A stretch of 32,000 bases of DNA, taken from Candidatus Thorarchaeota archaeon. Its GTDB lineage: Archaea; Asgardarchaeota; Thorarchaeia; Thorarchaeales; Thorarchaeaceae. The stretch covers positions 30,001-62,000 of the forward strand of contig PRDJ01000077.1 of the NCBI GenBank assembly GCA_003345555.1, given 5' to 3'. Numbering within the stretch: position 1 is the first letter of the stretch; the number at the start of each line of letters is the position of its first letter. A model generated the notes under the pieces. It was given only the letters and a program-made list of their open reading frames with translations. It made no database searches and was not told the origin of the DNA. Position numbers and translations under genes: made by a program. Shown here one piece after another: positions 18,157-26,378 of the stretch.

Positions 18157-18987
18157 TTACTCATCTAGGTCGGCGTCCCATGCTCCTGGGTCCTTGAGGT
18201 CTCTGCTAAGTATGGGTCCTTTCCTGAGCGTCAAGCTTTCTGGGTCATACCTGCTTGCGTCTATGACGACTTCCTCCGTTTCCTCATCAAATGAAGCGGG
18301 TATAAGCCCCTCATCTATGCCCTTCTTGACTAATTCTCTCAGTCTGGTTTGATCTAGTCCAGTGCTCACTGCTAGACTGGCGATGGTGATTGCCGCCTCC
18401 GACTCGAGTGATGCACGCACGAACTCCGATAGGATGAGGAAGAAGTCTCTTTTGACCTTGCTGAGCTCGTCCTGCTCTAGGAGACCTGCAAGTACAGACT
18501 CAATGTAGGTGTCTGCTTTGCCAAAGTCATACTCGCTAAGCATTAGTGCGAGATCAACAAGCTCCTTTCCCTTTCCTCTGGTTGTCTCTAATGCTCCATG
18601 GATAAGTTTCCTAGCCATGTCGAGATTTCCTCCGAGGATGGAGGAGAACGCGGCGTCCACGAGAGGCAGTGGGTCCTTTTCTTCATCGGCTGCTGCCATG
18701 TATGCATCGGATGCGATTTGGCAGTCAAGTCCGTACTTGTCATGTTCACCCTGTCTTGCCCATGCCCAAGCCGCTTTCATTATGGTTTCGGCTGCCGCCT
18801 TGTATTGATGGCACAACATGCCATGTTCATATGCCCTTTCATAGCACATCGCGGTCTTGGAGAATGATTCCCATCTGCTCCAGCATTCGGCCGCCTGTAG
18901 GAATCCGTACATGGCCTCTTCGTTCAACCCATTCTCGGCCATTGCCTCAGCCAAGCTTTCGGACTCTTGGCATTCTTTGCTGGGCAT
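18157..18987 (-). CDS. Helical-repeat (alpha-SNAP/TPR-like) protein with C-terminal PCI-type winged helix
   Basis: Ala/Tyr-rich helix pairs (FLQAAECW, AMCYERAY, IMKAAWAW) then ITIASLAVSTGL...LVKKGIDEGLIPASFDEETEEV. Confidence 0.65.
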   Translation of the reverse strand: MPSKECQESESLAEAMAENGLNEEAMYGFLQAAECWSRWESFSKTAMCYERAYEHGMLCHQYKAAAETIMKAAWAWARQGEHDKYGLDCQIASDAYMAAADEEKDPLPLVDAAFSSILGGNLDMARKLIHGALETTRGKGKELVDLALMLSEYDFGKADTYIESVLAGLLEQDELSKVKRDFFLILSEFVRASLESEAAITIASLAVSTGLDQTRLRELVKKGIDEGLIPASFDEETEEVVIDASRYDPESLTLRKGPILSRDLKDPGAWDADLDE

Positions 18988-19072
18988 TTCCGCTCAATCT
19001 CCGGGAACAGCCGGGTCATCTGCTTCATCCCGGGGAACTAGGCAGCTCGAGGTCGCCCGCGACCGCGGCTGG

Positions 19073-19774
19073 TCATTCCTGACGGCTCTTACTTTCCCCG
19101 ACGATGGCTCCGTCTTTCATTCGCAGAATGCGTTTGGCATACTTCACTAGTTCCTCATTGTGAGTCACAAGCACGACTGTCATTTTCCTATCCTTGTTCA
19201 GGCTTGCGATGATCTTCATGACAGTCTCGCCTGTCTTGGAGTCGAGGTTGCCTGTAGGTTCGTCGCAGAAGAGGATTGGAGGATTGTTCACGAGCGCCCT
19301 TGCTATGGCGACTCTCTGTTGTTCTCCACCGCTCATCTGCCTTGGGAAATGGTCCTTCCTTTCAAGCATGTCGACCTCACGTAGGACCTCGAGCGCCATC
19401 GCTTCCTCCTTTTCCTTCTTTAGCTCAAGACTGGGCCAGAGCACTGCCTCGATATTCTCGAATGCGGTTAGGTCTTCTATGAGCAAGAACGCCTGAAAGA
19501 CAAAACCAATCTTCTGGGCTCGTACTTTAGGCATGTCTCGCTCACTGATGAGTGTCACATCGACTCCGTCGAGGAGTATCCTTCCAGAGGTCGGTGCTTC
19601 AAGTCCTGCCATGACATGAAGAAGCGTCGACTTGCCGCAACCGGATGGGCCCACTACGGCGACGAACTCTCCGGGCATTATCTCTATGTTGATGTCTTTC
19701 AGTGCGGCGACTGTCTTCTTTCCCCTGCCGTACTCTTTGTTGACACCCTGAACTTGGATTATTGGGTTCGCCAT
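19073..19774 (-). CDS. ABC transporter ATP-binding protein, LolD/MacB family
   Basis: [31 protein letters not shown]; start reassigned to ATG 19774 (MANPII), with SD-like GGAGG upstream. Confidence 0.95.
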   Translation of the reverse strand: MANPIIQVQGVNKEYGRGKKTVAALKDINIEIMPGEFVAVVGPSGCGKSTLLHVMAGLEAPTSGRILLDGVDVTLISERDMPKVRAQKIGFVFQAFLLIEDLTAFENIEAVLWPSLELKKEKEEAMALEVLREVDMLERKDHFPRQMSGGEQQRVAIARALVNNPPILFCDEPTGNLDSKTGETVMKIIASLNKDRKMTVVLVTHNEELVKYAKRILRMKDGAIVGESKSRQE

Positions 19775-19776
19775 CT

Positions 19777-20301
19777 CTATTCCTCCCTTATCGCCATCAT
19801 TGGCGGAATGTGGTTTGCTCTGAATTGCGCTAGTATTAGTCCAGGTATCTGAAGAACTACTATGAGGAACAGGGTGATGAACATGGGTCCGGCGCTGATT
19901 GTTATGTAATTCGTAAGCCATGTGACCAGCGGCGTGCTCGTGGTACCGACGAAATACTGTGTCACGCCTAGGACCTCAACAGTCAGCTGGAACACGACAA
20001 GGAATGCAGAGATCGAGACAACCACGACCTCGCCAATAAGGAGCAACATGACGTCCGGATTGCTCCAAGAGACGCATTTCAGGATTGCAATGTCTCTTCT
20101 TCTAAACTGACTAATCAGAATTGCGTACACCGTTGCCACCGAGAAGGCCACTATAGGCCAGAGCCACCAATCCGGACCCGGTGCCTCCAGGCCCTTGCCA
20201 ACCATTATGTACAGTACGGCGTATATTATGATGAACGCAAATATGCGTCGGCGTGACCGAAACGCGAATCTCATACTCTTGAAGAAGATCCTAAGGTTCA
20301 A
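19777..20301 (-). CDS. Minimal FtsX-like ABC permease
   Basis: FRRRDIAILKCVSW and C-terminal PMMAIREE motifs; about 4 TM helices; ends 2 nt before the ATPase start. Confidence 0.8.
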   Translation of the reverse strand: MNLRIFFKSMRFAFRSRRRIFAFIIIYAVLYIMVGKGLEAPGPDWWLWPIVAFSVATVYAILISQFRRRDIAILKCVSWSNPDVMLLLIGEVVVVSISAFLVVFQLTVEVLGVTQYFVGTTSTPLVTWLTNYITISAGPMFITLFLIVVLQIPGLILAQFRANHIPPMMAIREE

Positions 20302-20460
20302 GCTTCTCTTGCTCCTACGGACTATCGGATGGTTGGCTGATGCACGTTTGAATCCTTAAAGTGTCTTCCGCGTATCTAGACACGGACTCTCCGGTCTGTA
20401 AGAATATATGTCCTTATCGCGGAATCGTTCGTCTTACGATTTGTCCGATCTGCGCATTGG

Positions 20461-20646
20461 CTATCCTTCGGCTCTTGCATCAGATTGCTTTGAGACGGGC
20501 ACACCATCAATCCAGAGTTCCTTCATGAGCAGGTCTCTTATCGCGACTCTAATCGCTTCACTCCGTGATGGGTACATCCCGCGTTCGACGAGCTTATCGA
20601 GTGCGCTCACGTATATGTCGCTCATTTTGACGGTGACGAGCTGCAA
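20461..20646 (-). CDS. Ribbon-helix-helix transcription regulator (CopG/Arc/MetJ; CdrS/aCcr1-like)
   Basis: MQLVTVKM...LDKLVERGMYPSRSEAIRVAIRDLL; SD-like GGAGG upstream. Confidence 0.88.
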   Translation of the reverse strand: MQLVTVKMSDIYVSALDKLVERGMYPSRSEAIRVAIRDLLMKELWIDGVPVSKQSDARAEG

Positions 20647-20926
20647 TTTCGTTTCCTCCCGGCTAGCGCTACCCGCCAGCTAAGTCGAATATAACACCTT
20701 CTGATGTCGAAGACTGGGCACCGGACCATGCTTTGTTCATTGAATGGACAGTCAAATCCACACATCCTCGGGACTGGCAGATTGAAGAAAAGCTGAGGTC
20801 CCATCCTAGAAAGTCTAAATAGCGTAGGATGGAATCTCTTCGTGGTCCCCGTATTGCCCGGAGAACAAGCATAGGGGACCAGGCAAAGGCAAGAAAGCAG
20901 GGACCGTTACGTCACAAGCGAAGACG

Positions 20927-21469
20927 ATGGTGTCAGTGTCTACGAACTTCGACTTCATGAGGAAAGTCGTTATGATTGGCGCGGGCGGAAGTGGGAAGAC
21001 CGCACTCGTCAATCGCTTTCTCACTCAGAAGTTCTCGGAGCAGTACATTGTAACCATAGGGTCCCAGTTTGCAGTCAAGACAGTCACTGTGGAGAATTTC
21101 AACGGGCACAGCGTGATTGTAAAGCTCCTTGTTTGGGATTTGGCGGGTCAAGAGCGTTTCGATTTCATTCGCAGTAGTTACTACAAAGGATCCAAAGGAG
21201 CGCTATTGGTTTACGATACGACTCGAAGGAACACTTGGGCTGAGTTGCCCAAATGGATTGAAGAGACTGACAACGCGCTCGGACAGCGAATACCGATTAT
21301 ACTCCTTGCAAACAAGGTTGACTTGGCGAACGAGCGCGTCATTACTCCTGAGATGGGAAAAGCATTCGTCCAAGAGCACGGTCTTGTTGGTTATCTGGAA
21401 ACGAGTGCACTTAACGGACAAAACGTAGAAGAAGCATTTACGCTCCTAGCGAGGTCAAGCATTTCCTAG
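20927..21469 (+). CDS. Rab-like small GTPase
   Basis: G1 GAGGSGKT, G2 YIVTIG, G3 WDLAGQE, G4 NKVD, G5 ETSA; RabF-like segments present. Confidence 0.93.
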   Translation: MVSVSTNFDFMRKVVMIGAGGSGKTALVNRFLTQKFSEQYIVTIGSQFAVKTVTVENFNGHSVIVKLLVWDLAGQERFDFIRSSYYKGSKGALLVYDTTRRNTWAELPKWIEETDNALGQRIPIILLANKVDLANERVITPEMGKAFVQEHGLVGYLETSALNGQNVEEAFTLLARSSIS

Positions 21470-21569
21470 TACGCATGTTGTTTCTTCTGCATGTGCCCCT
21501 ACTTGCTAAGCATGACGTAGACGAAGTCGTTGTGAAGTCCGTGTCAATGAGATGCTGCTCAACTGGTCC

Positions 21570-22667
21570 CTAACGTTCTCTCTTGCCTTCGATGAATTGA
21601 TCCACGCGCTTGCGTCCTTCGAAGTCATCTATCTGGTAGCGAGGGTGCTTGAAGCTGTAGGAACTTATGCTTGAGAGTTCTCCTCCGATTCCCCTGTCCA
21701 AGGCTATCTTGACTGCCCTTGCTACATCGATAATAACGCCAGCACTGTTTGTCGAGTCCTGGACTGAGAGCTTCAGAAAGAGGTCTATTTGCTGGTCACC
21801 GAAGGACTTCGCTCTCATTGTGATATAGCAGACCTTGTTGTTTTCTAGGAATGGAACATAGTCGCTTGGTCCAATCTTGGTCGGCAGCTCATAGTCGACG
21901 CAACTTGTCACAGCTGCAGTTTTGCTAATCCTTTTTGACTTCAATCTGGCTTCGACTTGCATATTCTCGAAGTCCGTATCTCCGCCTATGTTCAACTGGT
22001 ATGTGTTCAGTACAACCAGTCCTCTCTGGTCAAAAAGCTGTGTAAGCACACGATGGAGAATGGTGGCTCCAAGCTGGCTCTTCACGTCGTCCCCAGCACA
22101 AGGGAGTCCCTTTCTCAGAAACTCCTTCTCATGAGGGCTATTCGGATCTGACACAATGAACTCGGGCATCGCATTGATGAACCCTATTCCAGCATCCAAC
22201 GCGGCTTGCGCGTACATTCGTGCACCTGCCTCGCTTCCGACTGGAAGGTAGTTGATGAGGAGATCAGCCTTTGCCTTTCTTAGTTCTTCAGTCACATCCA
22301 CCGGCTGGATTTCGCTCTCGTCGTAAGTGAAGAACGAATCCCTCATATGGGGTGCCACGCCATCCAAAATGGGACCCGGCATAACCTCAACCCCCGTCCT
22401 TGGAACATCAGGGGCGAAGATCGGGGCACAGTTAGGCTTCACCCACATTGCCTCAGCAATGTCATGCCCTATCTTGTTCCTGTTGACTTCGAATGCCGCA
22501 ACGAACTTCAGGTCTCTAGGGAAATATCCCCCGAAATCAACATGCATGAGACCTGGAACATCCTCATCGGCTCTTGCGTTGCGATAGTAGTGCACTCCTT
22601 GGATAAGTGCTGATGCGCAGTTGCCCAGCCCAGCTAGTGCGACACGAATCTCACCCATTATGGTCAT
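21570..22667 (-). CDS. ino1: Myo-inositol-1-phosphate synthase
   Basis: GLGNCASALIQG, NYLPVGS, GDDVKSQLGAT, YQLNIGGDTDF, DSTNSAG. Confidence 0.96.
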   Translation of the reverse strand: MTIMGEIRVALAGLGNCASALIQGVHYYRNARADEDVPGLMHVDFGGYFPRDLKFVAAFEVNRNKIGHDIAEAMWVKPNCAPIFAPDVPRTGVEVMPGPILDGVAPHMRDSFFTYDESEIQPVDVTEELRKAKADLLINYLPVGSEAGARMYAQAALDAGIGFINAMPEFIVSDPNSPHEKEFLRKGLPCAGDDVKSQLGATILHRVLTQLFDQRGLVVLNTYQLNIGGDTDFENMQVEARLKSKRISKTAAVTSCVDYELPTKIGPSDYVPFLENNKVCYITMRAKSFGDQQIDLFLKLSVQDSTNSAGVIIDVARAVKIALDRGIGGELSSISSYSFKHPRYQIDDFEGRKRVDQFIEGKRER

Positions 22668-22722
22668 CTCTACGGAAGTATTCTTTAGCCATAGAATAGT
22701 CTCATCTTTTAAAACTATCGAG

Positions 22723-23574
22723 CTAGGACAACTCTGCCGTATCGTTTCTCTTGGCTTCGGACTCTACTACCTTGTCTTCTGGGGATGCATCTGAGTAGTC
22801 TGAGAATAGGACCTTTCGAGCTGATGCCATTGTCTTTGGTCCTATGCCCGAGACCGCAATCCACTCGTCCGTCCTACTGATGACCTCGATTGGTGAGCGA
22901 AAATGCTTGAGGAGGCTTCTTGCCCGCACGACGTTTATTCCCGGGAGGCCGGCGACAAAGAACTCTTGTTCGTTGCTGAGGGTCTCCAGACCTTTCCGTG
23001 TCCGAATCACTGGAAGCCTGCTTGTCTGCTCGTCATGTGTTTCTTCCTTTGCCATCAATAGTCCGTAAAGAAGTCCAGCTGAATGCAGCGAGTTGAAGCC
23101 CTCCAGCAAGTGTATACCTCTTTCACTGATGCTCTCAAGCAGGGCGTCCAATGCCTTGGGATGGATGTAGCTCACTCTCTCCATTGTTACCACGTAGGGT
23201 TTGCCCTTTGTCTGTCTGGTCTTGAATGGAATATAGATGCAGCCTTTCACAGGGTCTCTTCTGATTGCGAGTATGTCCTCAACCAGCAGGTGAGGTCTCT
23301 CGTACTTCATGAGTCCGTCAAGCTGTCTGTTGAGACGAGGAACTCCAAGATTGCCGCCTCTGAGAGTGTTTACTAAGTCACTTACTGTCTTCCTCTCTAT
23401 CGCGATGCCATCTGATCCGAGCACATCACCAATTGGTATCTCCTGAACAGCATAGAGTATGCCTTCCTTCTGTAGCATTGACATCAGGTGCTTAGTAGCA
23501 TTCATGCCCTTGCCTGTTGTTTCATGGACGTCCACGATAACCTGTGGAACATTTCCGAACACGTCTGTCTGCAT
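22723..23574 (-). CDS. xpf: ERCC4/XPF-family structure-specific endonuclease (short form: nuclease + tandem HhH)
   Basis: VIVDVHE, IGD, IERKTVSDL, HhH motifs LPGIN and VSGIGPKT. Confidence 0.85.
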   Translation of the reverse strand: MQTDVFGNVPQVIVDVHETTGKGMNATKHLMSMLQKEGILYAVQEIPIGDVLGSDGIAIERKTVSDLVNTLRGGNLGVPRLNRQLDGLMKYERPHLLVEDILAIRRDPVKGCIYIPFKTRQTKGKPYVVTMERVSYIHPKALDALLESISERGIHLLEGFNSLHSAGLLYGLLMAKEETHDEQTSRLPVIRTRKGLETLSNEQEFFVAGLPGINVVRARSLLKHFRSPIEVISRTDEWIAVSGIGPKTMASARKVLFSDYSDASPEDKVVESEAKRNDTAELS

Positions 23575-23576
23575 GG

Positions 23577-24215
23577 CTATTCCACTTCGAAGAGGGTAAT
23601 GACGGCTGCCATCGAGACTTCTCTGGCTAGGTTGGAGTCTACGGCTGATCCGATGACGATTGCATCGCCATCTTCGGGCTTCACGCTATCTATCACTAGC
23701 GCAACCTCATCTCCATACTCGGAGAGTATGTCGAAGTTGCCCGGAGGCATTGTCAACACGCCTTCTCTGTACTTGAGGGTCGTGGCACCTGCTTTGCCAT
23801 AGCCTCCTTGGATGATTGCCTCATCTCTTTGTCTGATCCCGTCGCTTACGTTCTGTGCTCTGTCCTTCACGATATTCGCGTATGCATAGTCATACATGAC
23901 GAGTCTCGGAACATCTAGAAACAAGCCCAAAGGAATGTCTCGTGTAATCTGGTCGAAGAGCGCGAGTCCTTTGCGCGTTAGCTTCTGACCTTGCTTCCCA
24001 TCCGCGGTTGTGTATTCAGCTACTGTCAGCCTCTTGAGAAGAGTCCTTGCGCTGCCTTCACCGATTGACAGGTTATCACACAGTTCGTAGCGGCCCAAAG
24101 GCTGCTGTCTGCCAATCATGATCACTGCAACAGCTGCGTGGTGCGCCTTGAAGGCGTGCGGGACGCGCCCATCAGCGGGTTCAGCAAGCCGAATGAGTTC
24201 TTTTTTCCAGCTCAA
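23577..24215 (-). CDS. wHTH + DUF4443-like putative transcriptional regulator
   Basis: LGRYELCDNLSIGEGSARTLLKRL wHTH; GIRQRDEAI...GATTL. Confidence 0.7.
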   Translation of the reverse strand: MSWKKELIRLAEPADGRVPHAFKAHHAAVAVIMIGRQQPLGRYELCDNLSIGEGSARTLLKRLTVAEYTTADGKQGQKLTRKGLALFDQITRDIPLGLFLDVPRLVMYDYAYANIVKDRAQNVSDGIRQRDEAIIQGGYGKAGATTLKYREGVLTMPPGNFDILSEYGDEVALVIDSVKPEDGDAIVIGSAVDSNLAREVSMAAVITLFEVE

Positions 24216-24253
24216 TCCAACATACTCTCCAGTGTCTAGACTATAGTTCTCTT

Positions 24254-24880
24254 TTATTCTTCACCCAGTGAAACAGGATGTTCAATGACATTACGCCAAA
24301 TTGCCGCCCCGAATGACCTATCGATTAGGCGACTAATCACCGGCACAACGACAAGGAAGATGAAGAAGTTCGAGGTAACGTGCACCATCATGTAAGGGAG
24401 TCCATAAGCGACCACGCCGAAGTACGGAAGGTCGAATGCCCATGAGAATCCTAGGTTAGTAATGAGATCAAAGAACAATGTTGTGACGGCACCCAAGACC
24501 CCGAATTCTATCGGGCTGGTCTGGCTAGTTGGCGCCGTCCCGCGGTTCCTGCCTTCGATTGCTCCGGCCGCAACTACTACAAACCATCCTGCAAGTTGAC
24601 AGAGATATATCTGGGGCAAGAGAGCGCCCCACGGATTGAACATGCCGAAGATTATCGACATGATCAGAGTACACCAAATCGCCATATGAAATCCAAATAC
24701 ATAGGCGGTGACGAAGAGAATGCTTGAGCCCATTTCCACGTTTGGCACGCCCACCAATGCATAGTTGCCAAGGAGAGCAAGACCACTCATGATTCCTGTC
24801 AGGGCTACCCACTGACTTCGCCTAATTTCCTGGCCTTCACGTTCGTGGACGGTCTGGTTCTCCATCATCTTTTGATTCAT
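24254..24880 (-). CDS. ECF transporter S component, CbrT (cobalamin)-like
   Basis: About 6 TM helices, VPNVE motif after TM1; start at ATG 24880 gives an ATGA overlap with the upstream gene. Confidence 0.75.
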   Translation of the reverse strand: MNQKMMENQTVHEREGQEIRRSQWVALTGIMSGLALLGNYALVGVPNVEMGSSILFVTAYVFGFHMAIWCTLIMSIIFGMFNPWGALLPQIYLCQLAGWFVVVAAGAIEGRNRGTAPTSQTSPIEFGVLGAVTTLFFDLITNLGFSWAFDLPYFGVVAYGLPYMMVHVTSNFFIFLVVVPVISRLIDRSFGAAIWRNVIEHPVSLGEE

Positions 24881-25620
24881 CTCCGCTTGATGACACATAC
24901 CAGAAGAACGATGACCACCCCTACTGAGAACACGACTGTGACCGTGAGTATGACCGAAGCGGGGGTATAAACCGACGACAATTCAATCGAGAGCCTGTAG
25001 GGGGTACCGAACGAGTAAGTGGTGTTTCCTCTCACGAGCAGGCCTGTTCCAGTGTCATAGGCTAGATACGTCCTCTGGGGTTCGCCGTAGGAAGTCTCGT
25101 CCTGTTCATAGTCGAAGACCAAGCAGTTGTAGGCAACTCCGCTTACTTCTACAACACCGCGGTGGGACGACATCGTACCATTCAGGTAGTTTCCCGCCAG
25201 TCTTTGGGCTGACTCGAAAGCCGTTTCATTCAGGTCATTGAGGTCTCCTTCTCCTGTCTTGACTATTAGTCCTGGAAGCCATGCCGTTAGACCCCATACC
25301 CCAAGGGCCAAGTCCTTTGCAAGATCTGTATCATTGGCGCGCCAAGTCCGGTTGCCCAGCGTTATGATGCCTTCAATGTCTTGCCCCACTGCAAGAACAG
25401 TCAATGTCATCCTGCTGTCAGGCTGAGCAAGCCAGTAACCATTGCCAGACCAGTACAGGCTGAAGGGAGCACTGGGACAATCAGCAACTCTCCAGGTGAT
25501 CTCTGTATTTCCCCATATGTTTGGGATGAGTATGGCGCCGTAGTCATTACTGATGAACGTCCCTCCGCCATGAATGATAGTTGCCAAGATGAATGCTGCT
25601 AACAGACATTTCTCCTTCAT
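24877..25620 (-). CDS. Secreted protein with C-terminal membrane anchor, unknown function
   Basis: Signal peptide, beta-rich ectodomain with several N-x-S/T sequons, TM helix ending KRR. Confidence 0.75.
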   Translation of the reverse strand: MKEKCLLAAFILATIIHGGGTFISNDYGAILIPNIWGNTEITWRVADCPSAPFSLYWSGNGYWLAQPDSRMTLTVLAVGQDIEGIITLGNRTWRANDTDLAKDLALGVWGLTAWLPGLIVKTGEGDLNDLNETAFESAQRLAGNYLNGTMSSHRGVVEVSGVAYNCLVFDYEQDETSYGEPQRTYLAYDTGTGLLVRGNTTYSFGTPYRLSIELSSVYTPASVILTVTVVFSVGVVIVLLVCVIKRR

Positions 25621-25624
25621 TTTC

Positions 25625-26134
25625 TCACTGGCCTCTCATTTTTCTCCTATAGAGTATACCCAAGAACACCAGAGTAAGCACCCCTAGTGTACTCGCCCCA
25701 AACAAGACGGAGTAATTGAACTGGCCTTCCTCGTTTGCATTGAAATGAGAGAGATCTCTTCGCCACTGAATAGAGTCGTTGTCTTCAAGCTCATACTTGT
25801 TCGCGGCCACAGGCCCCAGTTGTCCATTTACCCAATACTGCCACCACAGTCCCGCGGTGGGATCATTCGAGACACCGTCAATTGCTATCACAAATGCGAA
25901 ATCGCCGTACCAGCTCAGTTCTACCTGCGCTATTGACTGCGTCGCATTCAGCACATTGGCTGCGTTGATACCAGCGTAACTCGCGTTCGTATAATTGCCG
26001 AAATCGATACTGATGGTTATTCCTGAAGATTGCTGAGAATGCTCGTGGATATGTGTCACGACAGCGGAGGCCGGCGACAGGCACTGAGCAAAGAGAACAA
26101 GCAACAATGATGTATACAGAGCGACAATCCGCAT
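25625..26134 (-). CDS. DUF4430 / transcobalamin-C-terminal-like surface protein
   Basis: Signal peptide; FVIAIDGV, WWQYWVNG, A-x-KYEL-x-DND-x-IQW; C-terminal TM + RRK. Confidence 0.85.
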   Translation of the reverse strand: MRIVALYTSLLLVLFAQCLSPASAVVTHIHEHSQQSSGITISIDFGNYTNASYAGINAANVLNATQSIAQVELSWYGDFAFVIAIDGVSNDPTAGLWWQYWVNGQLGPVAANKYELEDNDSIQWRRDLSHFNANEEGQFNYSVLFGASTLGVLTLVFLGILYRRKMRGQ

Positions 26135-26143
26135 TCCGGTTCC

Positions 26144-26165
26144 TAGGATAGGATATCCTATCCTA
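26144..26165. promoter_or_regulatory. Perfect 22-bp palindrome, candidate operator
   Basis: TAGGATAGGATATCCTATCCTA equals its own reverse complement; 10-31 nt upstream of the 26134 start and just downstream of TATA-like CTTAAAT (26171-26177, minus strand). Confidence 0.7.
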
Positions 26166-26378
26166 TTCTGATTTAAGCATTGTCATCGAAATCAGTCCTT
26201 CCGGCCAGTCATAGGATTCGTGGAGGACTGCCCTCACGTCTAATTCAAGACTCGTGGTGCCATGAGATGAAAAGGTTCGTTCATCCAGAAATCATCTCCT
26301 GGATCTATTACATCGTCAAACCATCCCATACATTGAAAACGAGGAGGCCTTAACCACCCGTCGAAGGCAGTCAGCCAA

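Noticed and set aside
19775-19921. N-terminal extension of the second ABC ATPase in the track
   Set aside because: Lies inside the permease gene; ATG 19774 has an SD-like motif and the normal domain start.
19073-20646. FtsEX cell-division operon under CdrS control
   Set aside because: The ATPase looks LolD/MacB-like, there is no peptidoglycan context, and a separate TATA-like element (~20355-20361) lies between the RHH gene and the permease.
26135-26378. Cobalamin riboswitch upstream of the DUF4430/CbrT-like operon
   Set aside because: No B12-box or GGGAA core, and the apparent TATA box leaves too short a leader.
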